64,000 bases of DNA from an uncultured virus (IMG/VR IMGVR_UViG_3300035698_035306) (taxonomy: Duplodnaviria; Heunggongvirae; Uroviricota; Caudoviricetes). Position 1 is the stretch's first letter. The number at the start of each line of letters is the position of its first letter. A program made the translations under genes and the position numbers. The stretch is from IMG/VR virus record IMGVR_UViG_3300035698_035306; one strand, 5' to 3'. The notes under the pieces are model-generated. The model had not been told where the DNA came from. It ran no database searches and saw only the letters and a program-made list of their open reading frames with translations. Of this stretch, positions 18,635-27,161 are shown piece after piece.

Positions 18635-19093
18635 TTAAAGTGTCTTCTGAAGTTCCTTAAGTTGCGCTTTCGCTTCAACTAGTTTTTCATCAGCTGACTT
18701 GTTTGCTTCAATGAAGCCTTCAAGTTCTTTCACTTTGTTTTTGTTGTTTCTGTACTCAGAAGTACTTCTTCTATATCTTAAAGCTGCTCTAAGGAAGATA
18801 TACATATCTAAGTGCGTGTACTTTACATTTTCATCAAGTTCTGTCTTAATAACAAATGATGTTGATGTGTCTCCTAAGAAGTCATCATTACAGGCAGTAT
18901 TAATTACTCTTGCAAGTTCAAGCATTTTAAGCTTAACTGACTTCTCTGAATATAATGAAGCTTTCATAAGGTCTGCCCATGTTGCTACATCACCTGAAGT
19001 AAATTTTCCCATTGTTACACCAACGCCGTGTTCCTTGAACTTTACGGTTACTTCTTTTTCTTTTTCTATTGTAATTGTGTTAAAATCGTACAT
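18635..19093 (-). CDS. hypothetical protein
   Basis: ORF track; in the Val/Ile-TROVE operon. Confidence 0.7.
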   Translation of the reverse strand: MYDFNTITIEKEKEVTVKFKEHGVGVTMGKFTSGDVATWADLMKASLYSEKSVKLKMLELARVINTACNDDFLGDTSTSFVIKTELDENVKYTHLDMYIFLRAALRYRRSTSEYRNNKNKVKELEGFIEANKSADEKLVEAKAQLKELQKTL

Positions 19094-19124
19094 AGTTTTT
19101 CTTTCTTTTTAAAGTTTTTAATTG

Positions 19125-19198
19125 TAGGAATACCTGGGCTCGAACCAGGGGCCTTCTCGGTATCAGCGAGATGCTCTAACCAACTGAGCTATACTCCT
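19125..19198 (-). tRNA. tRNA-Ile(GAT)
   Basis: Loop CTGATAC. Confidence 0.92.
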
Positions 19199-19207
19199 AA
19201 GTGTATA

Positions 19208-19411
19208 TTACACTTTCTTCATTTTCATTACCTGCACCGGCTTAGTACCATCAAATGCTACTTTGTAAACAAAGCCTTTGAAATTCACAGGTAAATCATC
19301 TGCTGTGTAACAATCGTTCCATACTGGACTGTTATTGATATTCTTGCCGAAGTTCTTATCTTCTACTTTAGAATATACTGATTCTGTTGTTAATTTTGCG
19401 TTCTTTCCCAT
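19208..19411 (-). CDS. hypothetical protein
   Basis: ORF track. Confidence 0.6.
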   Translation of the reverse strand: MGKNAKLTTESVYSKVEDKNFGKNINNSPVWNDCYTADDLPVNFKGFVYKVAFDGTKPVQVMKMKKV

Positions 19412-19436
19412 CTTTAATCTTTTTAAATTTGTTTGT

Positions 19437-19508
19437 AGTTCCTATCGGGATTGAACCGATGACCTCTTGCATGTAAGGCAAGCGCTACTTCCACTGAGCT
19501 AAGGAACT
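19437..19508 (-). tRNA. tRNA-Val(TAC)
   Basis: Loop CTTACAT. Confidence 0.92.
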
Positions 19509-19616
19509 ATGAATATCATGGCACAACCCGATGCAATTCATTTTGTAAGTACATTTCTGTACTGCGCACATATAGTAGTGATTCTTAAGTCTTCCTATAT
19601 GACATCTTCATGATAG

Positions 19617-19691
19617 TAGTCTCTAACGGATTCGAACCGTTGACTTCCTCGGTGTAAACGAGGTGCTCTGAACCAACTGAGCTAAGAGACT
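19617..19691 (-). tRNA. tRNA-Val(TAC)
   Basis: Loop TTTACAC. Confidence 0.92.
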
Positions 19692-19711
19692 ATTTGTAAT
19701 TGTATAAACCT

Positions 19712-19748
19712 AAAAAAATCCAATCGGCTATTTGCTGACTGGATTTTA
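19712..19748 (-). terminator. attenuator terminator 3
   Basis: AAAATCCAGTCAGC-AAATA-GCCGATTGGA+T7. Confidence 0.85.
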
Positions 19749-19797
19749 AAATTTCTTTGGGTTCTATATGTTGATAAAAAACTTTCTTAAATCCAAT

Positions 19798-19884
19798 CTA
19801 TGCGCAAATAATACTTTCCACTACGATGACAGCTACTGTTTCAGTAGAGCGTATAGGGACGATATTTTTTAAATTGCGTTGCAT
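19798..19884 (-). promoter_or_regulatory. leader peptide 3 MQRNLKNIVPIRSTETVAVIVVESIICA
   Basis: V/I-rich; GATTGGATTT antiterminator overlapping the stop codon. Confidence 0.85.
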
Positions 19885-19938
19885 TGAATTTGTCTGTTTT
19901 TTAGTGGACAACTTATATATCCGTGATAAAATAATAAA

Positions 19939-19993
19939 ATCTAACTAAAATGTTTTTTCCAATAAAAAGTATTTTTAGTGTTCTAAGTTAGAT
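19939..19993 (-). ncRNA. minimal ACUUAGAA-stem ncRNA
   Basis: ATCTAACTTAGAACACTAAAA...TTTTAGTTAGAT. Confidence 0.7.
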
Positions 19994-20040
19994 AGCTGAA
20001 TATCAAAATACCTTTCACAGTATATGATATTAAAATTAAA

Positions 20041-21010
20041 AACTTGAGACTACAGTTTTTATAGTATTGCTTTCGATGCCTGTACCAGTTCGATGCGACT
20101 CTCACTGTTGGGGACTTGTCCACTTTCCTGAAGGAAAGATACAATACCGACGCTTCCTTTTTTTAAGTGCTGGCTGTTGCACTGTCATAATGAGCGTACT
20201 CAACGTTTCTTCTCGGGTTAGACTTTTACATCTATGCATCGTCGCTAAACGATTACCTCTGTGTCTACATTAAACATTTCCACCTTGCGAGTTTCCATGT
20301 TCTTCATTGTACCGAAGTACTGAAGATTTAAGCGACTTTTACTCTCATTACCGAATGAGTCTTTGCATATAATTTTAAAGTAATGCCCGTTTGACGGGGC
20401 GACCTCTTGATTAATAGTCAAGTGCTCTTCTCTGAGCTAAATACAAAGTATTTCCATTGTTGAGCGCTCATTCAGAGCATCGTTTCCTTTTGAGAAACAA
20501 TATACACAACTCAACGTGCATTTCGGCTTGCGGCCTACTGTACGATATTTCACGTTTTCAGGTTTACTTTGGAGAAAAAACCTTTCTGCGTTTATAATTC
20601 TATATAGCCTTATGCTTGCGGCATCAGACAGTATAAATACTCCTTGTCAATTCGAATTTCGTTAAGTTGGCATAGTTAGTAATATAGTCGCCAAACTAAA
20701 TTAGAAATGCTCCTTACCTCAAGAGAGGGGCTTACATTTCATATCCTTACCAAAGGACTACTAACTCTTAACTTACATCTTTTCTCCAACTTTTGAGATT
20801 GAAGCTTACCGTTTGGTTCGGTAAATGATGAAGCTTGCTTGAATAAACCATTTCTGGCAGAGGGCTATGGAGCTCCTCTCTTTTACATCTTGCGATGTAT
20901 TATTAATTTCCAAATGACGAATCATTCAACGTAAAGAACAAGTCTAAACGTCTGGTCCGAAGACTAAGACTTTTACTCCGAAGAGTAAAACCGATTCAAG
21001 CATCGGTAAA
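20041..21010 (-). ncRNA. large structured ncRNA (~1 kb), GOLLD-like, with an embedded tRNA-like domain (~20380-20445)
   Basis: No credible ORF; higher GC; many UUCG/GCAA tetraloop hairpins on the minus strand; own promoter and boxA; lies among tRNA genes. Confidence 0.65.
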
Positions 21011-21112
21011 ATTTTTCTAATATTTTAAAGAACGTGTGTTATAATTTTCTAAGATAAAAGTACAACATTTTTTCGCAATAAAAAAGTTTATTTTGAAAAA
21101 GTTAAAAATTTA

Positions 21113-21201
21113 ATTCTACTAAATTTAAAATTTATGATACGCCAGCTGGCCACCGTAGTGGACAGAGCGTTTTTTAATTTTTTAGTGATTCTAAGTAGAA
21201 T
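21113..21201 (-). ncRNA. ACUUAGAA-stem ncRNA with a GC-rich apical domain
   Basis: ATTCTACTTAGAATCACTAAA...TTTAGTAGAAT. Confidence 0.7.
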
Positions 21202-21207
21202 ACTTTG

Positions 21208-21280
21208 TAGCGGGACTCGGACTCGAACCGAGGACCTCCAGGTTATGAGCCTGGCGAGCTGCCGCTGCTACCACCCCGCA
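21208..21280 (-). tRNA. tRNA-fMet(CAT)
   Basis: Initiator-type GTAGCAG..AGCTCG D arm, unpaired 1:72, loop CTCATAA. Confidence 0.85.
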
Positions 21281-21295
21281 ATATATTTTTATTTG

Positions 21296-21369
21296 TAGCG
21301 AGGGACGGACTTGAACCGCCGACCTCCAGGTTATGAGCCTGGCGAGCTACCAACTGCTACCACCTCGCA
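21296..21369 (-). tRNA. tRNA-fMet(CAT)
   Basis: Near-duplicate of the previous gene. Confidence 0.85.
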
Positions 21370-21555
21370 ATATATTTTGCGTAAAAATAATGTCGCTAGA
21401 ATCTAAATTCTACTACGTTTCGTTTAATACGTGTCGCTGATTATTTTTATTTTAATTTCAATAAGTAAAGAACTTCATTTGTGTCATTCTAGCTATATAT
21501 AGATGAATGTTTCAACTAAATACAGTTTATTCTGATTTAACAGAAAGTTTTATTA

Positions 21556-21744
21556 GTGCGCAATGATGGATTCGAACCACCGGCTTTTAGAAACGTTGTC
21601 GTCACGTTGTCTCCACAGTTACAATTAGTGCACATATTGATATCTGAGTCACCAGTTCGTAAGTTATACAGGGTAAGTACCATAGAAGATACATACAGCA
21701 TATAAGCAAACTTACCAGTCGCTATACCACTTAGCTAATCGCGC
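21556..21744 (-). ncRNA. tRNA-like RNA with a long insert replacing the anticodon arm
   Basis: GCGCGAT/ATTGCGC acceptor, GCTAAGTGGTATAGC D arm, GGTGGTTCGAATCCATC T arm. Confidence 0.65.
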
Positions 21745-21748
21745 ATTT

Positions 21749-21820
21749 GGTTATCCTGAGAGGACTTTAACCTCTGACCTGTCTTTCGACTGCTCTTGCG
21801 CAATTCTGAGCTACAGGATA
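21749..21820 (-). ncRNA. tRNA mimic with a GTC-GAAA-GAC mini-hairpin instead of the anticodon arm
   Basis: TATCCTG/CAGGATA acceptor; D and T arms present. Confidence 0.65.
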
Positions 21821-21906
21821 ATGTTTTTTCAATAATTTAAAGAACTATGTTATAAATTTCTAAGATAAAAGTACAACATTTAATCGCAATAAAAAAGTTT
21901 ATTTTG

Positions 21907-22043
21907 TGTTAAGTGAAAGAATCGAACTTTCATCACCGGGTTCACCTTGCTGGTTAATACCTATCTCAACTATTATTTAGATATGGACTCGAACCATAAA
22001 GCTAGCACCCAACTTGTAACCAGACATTTATAAACTAAATAAT
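21907..22043 (-). ncRNA. two degenerate tRNA-like RNAs (T arm + acceptor stem)
   Basis: GAAAGTTCGATTCTTTC and TATGGTTCGAGTCCATA T arms. Confidence 0.45.
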
Positions 22044-22047
22044 TTTG

Positions 22048-22312
22048 TAGTCGCTCGTAGTGTCGATCTACGATTCACTTACATTAAGAACCTTGCGAGT
22101 ATCTAAACGTGTAAGCTACACAATTAATAAACCATACTATCTAATACCTATCGCCAGAGCATATTTAGAGTTCTGCTCCTTTGAAACGGTAATCGAAACG
22201 ATACCTTTGCAAAGTCTAGGAACTACCTATATCTATACAGTTTAATTAATAACCACTATCACTATATTTCATTCTGACCTCTAAGCCGAAATGCTTTCCA
22301 GTTAAGCAACCA
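22048..22312 (-). ncRNA. ~265 nt RNA with tRNA-like termini (tmRNA-like architecture, non-canonical)
   Basis: GGTTGCT/AGCGACT acceptor; CGTAG-ATCGACA-CTACG T arm; boxA upstream. Confidence 0.5.
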
Positions 22313-22346
22313 TGTTTTTTCAATAATTTAAAGAACTTATTATTTG

Positions 22347-22418
22347 CGGAGAAGATTGGACTCGAACCAACGACGCACGGTGTTCAAACCGCTGCTCTAC
22401 CAACTGAGCTACCTCTCC
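22347..22418 (-). tRNA. atypical tRNA with a 6-nt anticodon loop (TTGAAC)
   Basis: Canonical D and T arms; GCGGT/ACCGT stem. Confidence 0.6.
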
Positions 22419-22768
22419 TGTCCCCTTAACATCTCATTAATTGTCAAAGCGTCGACTCAAATCTAATTAATCGCTGCAGCTACGAGCATTGGGGCATTTT
22501 TTCTAGGCAGTATGGTTAACTTTTACAATTTCGTGACACTAAGTCGAAACCGAAATGTTACCTATTATTCTGAATTGGCATGTATCGTTTTATACTCGAC
22601 CGTGGTACGCAATTAGCGCCTCACTAATATTGCCTTAAAGCAATCAACATCTACTAAATGTTATCAGAATTTCAATATTTTAAAGAACTTGTTGTTTTAA
22701 TGTTCGATACTAAAGTACCAAATATAATTGACAACCCAAAGTTTATTTGTAAAAAAACTTTATAAAAA

Positions 22769-23113
22769 CTAAAATTGTATATCAACCATACTGTTACCAC
22801 GTCTTGTTGTAGTTTCAATAATCTTATACCTTTTTGGTTTTGCCATCCACTGTTTCTTGTTTTTGGTAGCAAGTTTCCAAGAAGGATATTTGATATTCAT
22901 GTAAGTTTCACCTGGTGTCCCATCAGCATATCTTGCGATACTACCTTTGAACATTTCATGACCGCCATACCATTCGTTCCTTGAGTTGCAACCTTTGTTC
23001 CAACCACAGTAAGAGCAACCTCCATGTTTTTCTTTGTGAATTTTGTTATAGACTGATTTGTTTGTAGTCCATTCCCATTCATTTGATTTTGATACTCTAA
23101 TTAAATTTTTCAT
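22769..23113 (-). CDS. hypothetical Cys-containing basic protein
   Basis: TTNKSVY...CSYC...SWK; paralog-like to the next ORF. Confidence 0.7.
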   Translation of the reverse strand: MKNLIRVSKSNEWEWTTNKSVYNKIHKEKHGGCSYCGWNKGCNSRNEWYGGHEMFKGSIARYADGTPGETYMNIKYPSWKLATKNKKQWMAKPKRYKIIETTTRRGNSMVDIQF

Positions 23114-23159
23114 TTGCTTGTAAGTTATTTTAGTACTTACAAGGCGTCATATCTTTTTT

Positions 23160-23354
23160 TCATAATTTATATTGTTTTTTTCTAAATTCTTTCCAATTCC
23201 TTTTAACATTACGAGTGCCGTTACAATTATTCATTTTACATTGTCTTTGAGTATTGCTTCTTGGGCAGCCGTAGCAATCCCAATAATAATCAAAGTCATA
23301 GTTAAGAATTTTGTAAATTCTCTTGTCTGTTGTGTTTCTCGTTGTTTCTTTCAT
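23160..23354 (-). CDS. hypothetical Cys-containing basic protein
   Basis: TTDKRIYK...CYGC...RNWKEFRKKQYK. Confidence 0.65.
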   Translation of the reverse strand: MKETTRNTTDKRIYKILNYDFDYYWDCYGCPRSNTQRQCKMNNCNGTRNVKRNWKEFRKKQYKL

Positions 23355-23458
23355 GTTGTAGTTTATTTTTTAAGATAAACTAAATGAAAGATGTCGAGTA
23401 TTTTTTAAGGTTCATATATAAAAGTATTAATTAATTCCGCAACTAAAAAGTTGTTTGA

Positions 23459-23540
23459 GACCCAGGTGAGATTCGAACTCACATTTGAAAGCTTCCAATT
23501 ACCACCTTACTGTTTAGAAGACAGCGGGGACTACAAGGCC
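23459..23540 (-). tRNA. tRNA-Arg(TCT), atypical
   Basis: CTGT-CTTCTAA-ACAG; reduced D arm, long variable region. Confidence 0.6.
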
Positions 23541-23554
23541 ATTTTATTACGGGT

Positions 23555-23746
23555 TTATAATTCGTCCCAGATAGCTTGAATTTTCTTTCCGAGTTTGAAT
23601 TTCTTGACGTTATCTAAACACCAATTAATATAACCAGGATTTGTTTCCATTACTTCTAAGATAGTTTTACCTTTTTCTGGACCCCAATCAAATATTTGGT
23701 CTTCTTTTGTAAAACTCAATTGTCGCCAATCTTTATATTTTCCCAT
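23555..23746 (-). CDS. small protein (DUF3820/exodeoxyribonuclease X C-terminal-like)
   Basis: FDWGPEKGKTILEV...PGYINW. Confidence 0.55.
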   Translation of the reverse strand: MGKYKDWRQLSFTKEDQIFDWGPEKGKTILEVMETNPGYINWCLDNVKKFKLGKKIQAIWDEL

Positions 23747-23820
23747 AATACTTATTTATTTTTCTAATGTAAATCTATATATTTATTTCGCAATAAAAAA
23801 GAAATGCATTATTCAAATTG

Positions 23821-23895
23821 TCGGGGTAGCAGGATTCGAACCTGCGACCTCCTGCTCCCAAAGCAGGCGCGATGACCGGACTACGCTATACCCCG
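23821..23895 (-). tRNA. tRNA-Pro(TGG)
   Basis: Loop TTTGGGA. Confidence 0.93.
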
Positions 23896-23921
23896 ATTGT
23901 ATTATATATTCAAAGAACAGT

Positions 23922-23999
23922 TGATGGGTCAGAAGGACTTGCACCTTCACTAACTAGTATACCACCTCAACGGCAGTCGCGGCTTCTATGCCTGTCCCA
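23922..23999 (-). ncRNA. degenerate tRNA-like RNA
   Basis: TGGGACA/TGACCCA acceptor, GAAGG-TGCAAGT-CCTTC T arm. Confidence 0.4.
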
Positions 24000-24007
24000 A
24001 TGTTTTG

Positions 24008-24081
24008 TCGAATAGGTGAGATTCGAACTCACGAACCGATACGTCCAAGGTACCGTTGTATAGCCTCTGCATAACTACTCG
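24008..24081 (-). tRNA. tRNA-Pro(TGG)
   Basis: Loop CTTGGAC. Confidence 0.75.
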
Positions 24082-24088
24082 AAATTTG

Positions 24089-24164
24089 TCTGAGAGGTGA
24101 GATTCGAACTCACGAACACTTGCTTCCAAAGCAAGTCCGTATAACCAACTGCAGGAACTCCCAG
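24089..24164 (-). tRNA. tRNA-Pro(TGG)
   Basis: Loop TTTGGAA. Confidence 0.8.
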
Positions 24165-24344
24165 ATATTATTTAGTTTTTAATTTATCAACTTCGTTTCT
24201 CAATTCTACTATTTTTTGAAATAACGAAATTCTTAATTTTCTATTTTTACAAGCCTTAAATTCACTTATCATTTTCTTCAATGATTTTAGTTTTTGAATT
24301 AATATGAGATTTTTTCTTGTAAGCATATTAAATTGTTTATTTTG

Positions 24345-24416
24345 TGATTCTACCAGGACTCGAACCTGGACAAAGAGTTTAGAAGACTCTTGTGCTATCC
24401 ATTACACTATAGAACC
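24345..24416 (-). tRNA. tRNA-Arg(TCT)
   Basis: Loop CTTCTAA. Confidence 0.92.
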
Positions 24417-24543
24417 ATATACAACGTTTAGTCTGATAACCTTGCGAAGAGTTGTTGTATTTGCACGAATGCATACTACTTTTTCTAATAAGGCATGGTA
24501 ACATTATTAGATATGGAAGTCTTTACACATTGCTCCCGTTTTA

Positions 24544-24617
24544 GTGACGCAGACTGGAATCGAACCAGTGACACATGGATTTTCAGTCCATTGCTCTACC
24601 TTCTGAGCTACTGCGCC
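24544..24617 (-). tRNA. tRNA-Phe(GAA)
   Basis: Loop CTGAAAA. Confidence 0.92.
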
Positions 24618-24656
24618 ATCTAAATAATATTTATCAATACGTGAAAGAACAATTGT

Positions 24657-24738
24657 GGTACCGGGTAGAATCGAACTACCGACCTCTGGCGTTTCAAACC
24701 AGCACTCTATGCATATAGCTCCACTGAGTTACGGCACC
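24657..24738 (-). tRNA. tRNA-Phe(GAA) with enlarged D loop
   Basis: Loop TTGAAAC. Confidence 0.82.
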
Positions 24739-25404
24739 ATGATTTTCAATATCCCTTTTAAACCATATTTCTAATTTATGGCCTTTATCTCTTACTGCTT
24801 GCCATTTTAAATAATCTTTTTCTTGTACTCTTCCTTTTACTTCTAAATAATAAAAAGTACCATCATTTTCAAAAATCTTAAAATCTATTAAATACGAATG
24901 ATTCTTATTATCTAATCCAATATATGTAAATTTGTCATTTGTATATTCCCAATCTTTAATCTTTTTATTTTCTTTCCAATCATCTAAAATCAAACATGTA
25001 TTTAATTCATATGAACCTTGTACTTTTATATTTTTATATTTAATCCACTTTGTATAACCGCCTGTCTGTTTAATTCTACCTGATTTTATACCATTCTTTC
25101 TTGTTGTACTTATATTTTCTCTATGCTTAGCTGATAATTTATTATTTTTATTTCTATAACTTATATGACATGAGCCTGAACAGAATTTTTGTTTATTTCT
25201 TTTAGATGATTTTACATTAAATTCATCTTTACAATTCTTACAAATAAGAGTAACAAATTTTGTTGAAATTCCCATTCTTGTTAATCTTACTTTTGCTTTA
25301 AATTCTTTTGTTCGTATACCTCTACTATTAGCACACTTTAATGAACAAAATCTTCCACTTCCATAAGAACCATCATGTTCAATATTACACCTTTCACAAA
25401 TCAT
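24694..25404 (-). CDS. putative homing endonuclease: Zn-binding repeats + TnsA-like PD-(D/E)XK domain
   Basis: CxxC...FCSxxC twice; GSYE...YLIDF...LEVKG; very AT-rich; reads into tRNA-Phe. Confidence 0.75.
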   Translation of the reverse strand: MICERCNIEHDGSYGSGRFCSLKCANSRGIRTKEFKAKVRLTRMGISTKFVTLICKNCKDEFNVKSSKRNKQKFCSGSCHISYRNKNNKLSAKHRENISTTRKNGIKSGRIKQTGGYTKWIKYKNIKVQGSYELNTCLILDDWKENKKIKDWEYTNDKFTYIGLDNKNHSYLIDFKIFENDGTFYYLEVKGRVQEKDYLKWQAVRDKGHKLEIWFKRDIENHGAVTQWSYMHRVLV

Positions 25405-25470
25405 ATATATATGTTTTATTTATATATCGAACTTTTGCTTTTAGGGCTACGTATTTTAGTTTAACCACAT

Positions 25471-25506
25471 AAAAAAAGTCCAACTTCATAAATGAGGTTG
25501 GACTTC
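25471..25506 (-). terminator. attenuator terminator 4
   Basis: AAGTCCAACCTCAT-TT-ATGAAGTTGGAC+T7. Confidence 0.85.
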
Positions 25507-25530
25507 GTATTTAAAATTATTTATAACTTT

Positions 25531-25608
25531 CTAATACCCTATACTAACCTCCTGAGTGACTCTTGGTCTCGGAAAAAATCTAAATGATATGTTAGTAGTT
25601 GTGTTCAT
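25531..25608 (-). promoter_or_regulatory. leader peptide 4 MNTTTNISFRFFPRPRVTQEVSIGY
   Basis: TTT AGA TTT TTT CCG AGA CCA AGA control codons; GAGGTT antiterminator. Confidence 0.9.
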
Positions 25609-25695
25609 GTTAATGTTTATTATATATTGTCTATTATTAATTGTTCTATACTAAAGTAAGACAAAGTTTCGCTATTTGAAAGTATTTTTCTGTTT

Positions 25696-26148
25696 TTATT
25701 TGATATATTTTGAATCCACTGCAGGGATTGCAAACCAGCCAGTCTTTAGACCTGTATCAAATGTTAATCCATCTTCTATCATTTTTGCTGCGTCAATAGA
25801 TAATACTTTAATTTCTGTATCACCATCTTGTTCTATAGTAGATTTTTCTGCGTTCTTCGCAGTATCAGTTAAGAATACGTTTTCTTCATCTTGAGGAACT
25901 AAACCTTCTTTCTTTACAGCTTCTGCATCTTCTAATTTAATAGCATGATATAATACTGCAGGTACTTCTTCTGCTTCTTGTCCAGTTTTGGCTGCTTCAT
26001 CCATATCATCTTTGGCTTTCTTAGCTGCCATCGCGATTAATGCTGCATTCTCATCAGTTTCTTCGTCTTCTTTCTTTGCATCTTTTTTACATTCAGCTTC
26101 GTTTAAAACGAATTGTTCGAACGTCATTACATATCTCTTGTCATCCAT
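25696..26148 (-). CDS. Tpt1/KptA-like (ADP-ribosyltransferase fold) protein with capsid-targeting-like N-terminus
   Basis: LYHA...EGLVP...VFLT...VLSIDA...IP; N-terminus MTFEQFVLNE. Confidence 0.55.
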   Translation of the reverse strand: MDDKRYVMTFEQFVLNEAECKKDAKKEDEETDENAALIAMAAKKAKDDMDEAAKTGQEAEEVPAVLYHAIKLEDAEAVKKEGLVPQDEENVFLTDTAKNAEKSTIEQDGDTEIKVLSIDAAKMIEDGLTFDTGLKTGWFAIPAVDSKYIK

Positions 26149-26186
26149 TTTCGTAAGTTATTATTTTGATTATATATCAGAATAAC

Positions 26187-27161
26187 TTAAGTTAGTTCCA
26201 GGATTAACTTTACAGCCTTATCGAATCTCTCATCCCAGTTGCCAGATATGGTTTTGTAGTCAATACCTGCATCTTCTAGTTCTCTTATATGATAATCCTT
26301 TAATTTGTTTCTATCTTCTTCAGTCAGTCTAGAACCATCTTGAATGTGAGGTACATCGTTATCTAAGAATAAGTACAAATCATAGTTGTTATAATCATCT
26401 ACAAATTGAGGATATTTAAGTTCTTTATTAAATAGGAATTTCGAATAAGACTTCGTTATATTGATGTCAGTATCTACAATCATAATCTTATTAGAATAAT
26501 TATCATTGAAAAATACTCTCAGTGCATGTGCTTTTGCAATCTTTTCTAAGTCTTCATACTTAACATCATAAACGCCGTCTGTTAATTCTCGGCCCATTTC
26601 ACCGACATAATAGCCTGCGAAATGTTCTGTAAGTCTCTTAGCTAAAGTGGTTTTACCAGTCGATTCTGTCCCGACTACACAAATCTTCTTGTAATAATAT
26701 TTCTGAACTGGGTCAGGTATTTTATCCCAATTAATATACGGATTTTCTCTAATCATTGTAGCTGATACTGGAAGAGTAGTTCTTTCGATATCATAGTTAA
26801 TACATTCAATGCCCATAAAATCTGCAAGATACTGTCCGTATTCTTCAGATGATATGATAACATCTAAGTCGAAGTTGTAACTTAATATCTTATCAGCCCA
26901 TTTTTTTGTAGCTTCTTCATCAGGAACTGATGATGATGTTAGATTATTTTTATTGTAAGACATATAATTAATATGTACTTTAACATCATTTCCAAATACA
27001 TCATCTAGAAATTCAATTCTTGTCAGAGCATTTATATGTTCATCTTGTTCTGCACACAATAATAGAATTACTTGGTCACATTGTGTTTTTGCAAATTCAA
27101 CCATTGCAATATGCCCATTATGTAATGGCATAAATTTACCTAATACTAGTCCTCTTTTCAT
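26187..27161 (-). CDS. nadR: NadR-type NMN adenylyltransferase / nicotinamide riboside kinase
   Basis: GKFMPLHNGH, SATMIR, GTESTGKTT, DTD, QDGSR. Confidence 0.92.
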   Translation of the reverse strand: MKRGLVLGKFMPLHNGHIAMVEFAKTQCDQVILLLCAEQDEHINALTRIEFLDDVFGNDVKVHINYMSYNKNNLTSSSVPDEEATKKWADKILSYNFDLDVIISSEEYGQYLADFMGIECINYDIERTTLPVSATMIRENPYINWDKIPDPVQKYYYKKICVVGTESTGKTTLAKRLTEHFAGYYVGEMGRELTDGVYDVKYEDLEKIAKAHALRVFFNDNYSNKIMIVDTDINITKSYSKFLFNKELKYPQFVDDYNNYDLYLFLDNDVPHIQDGSRLTEEDRNKLKDYHIRELEDAGIDYKTISGNWDERFDKAVKLILELT

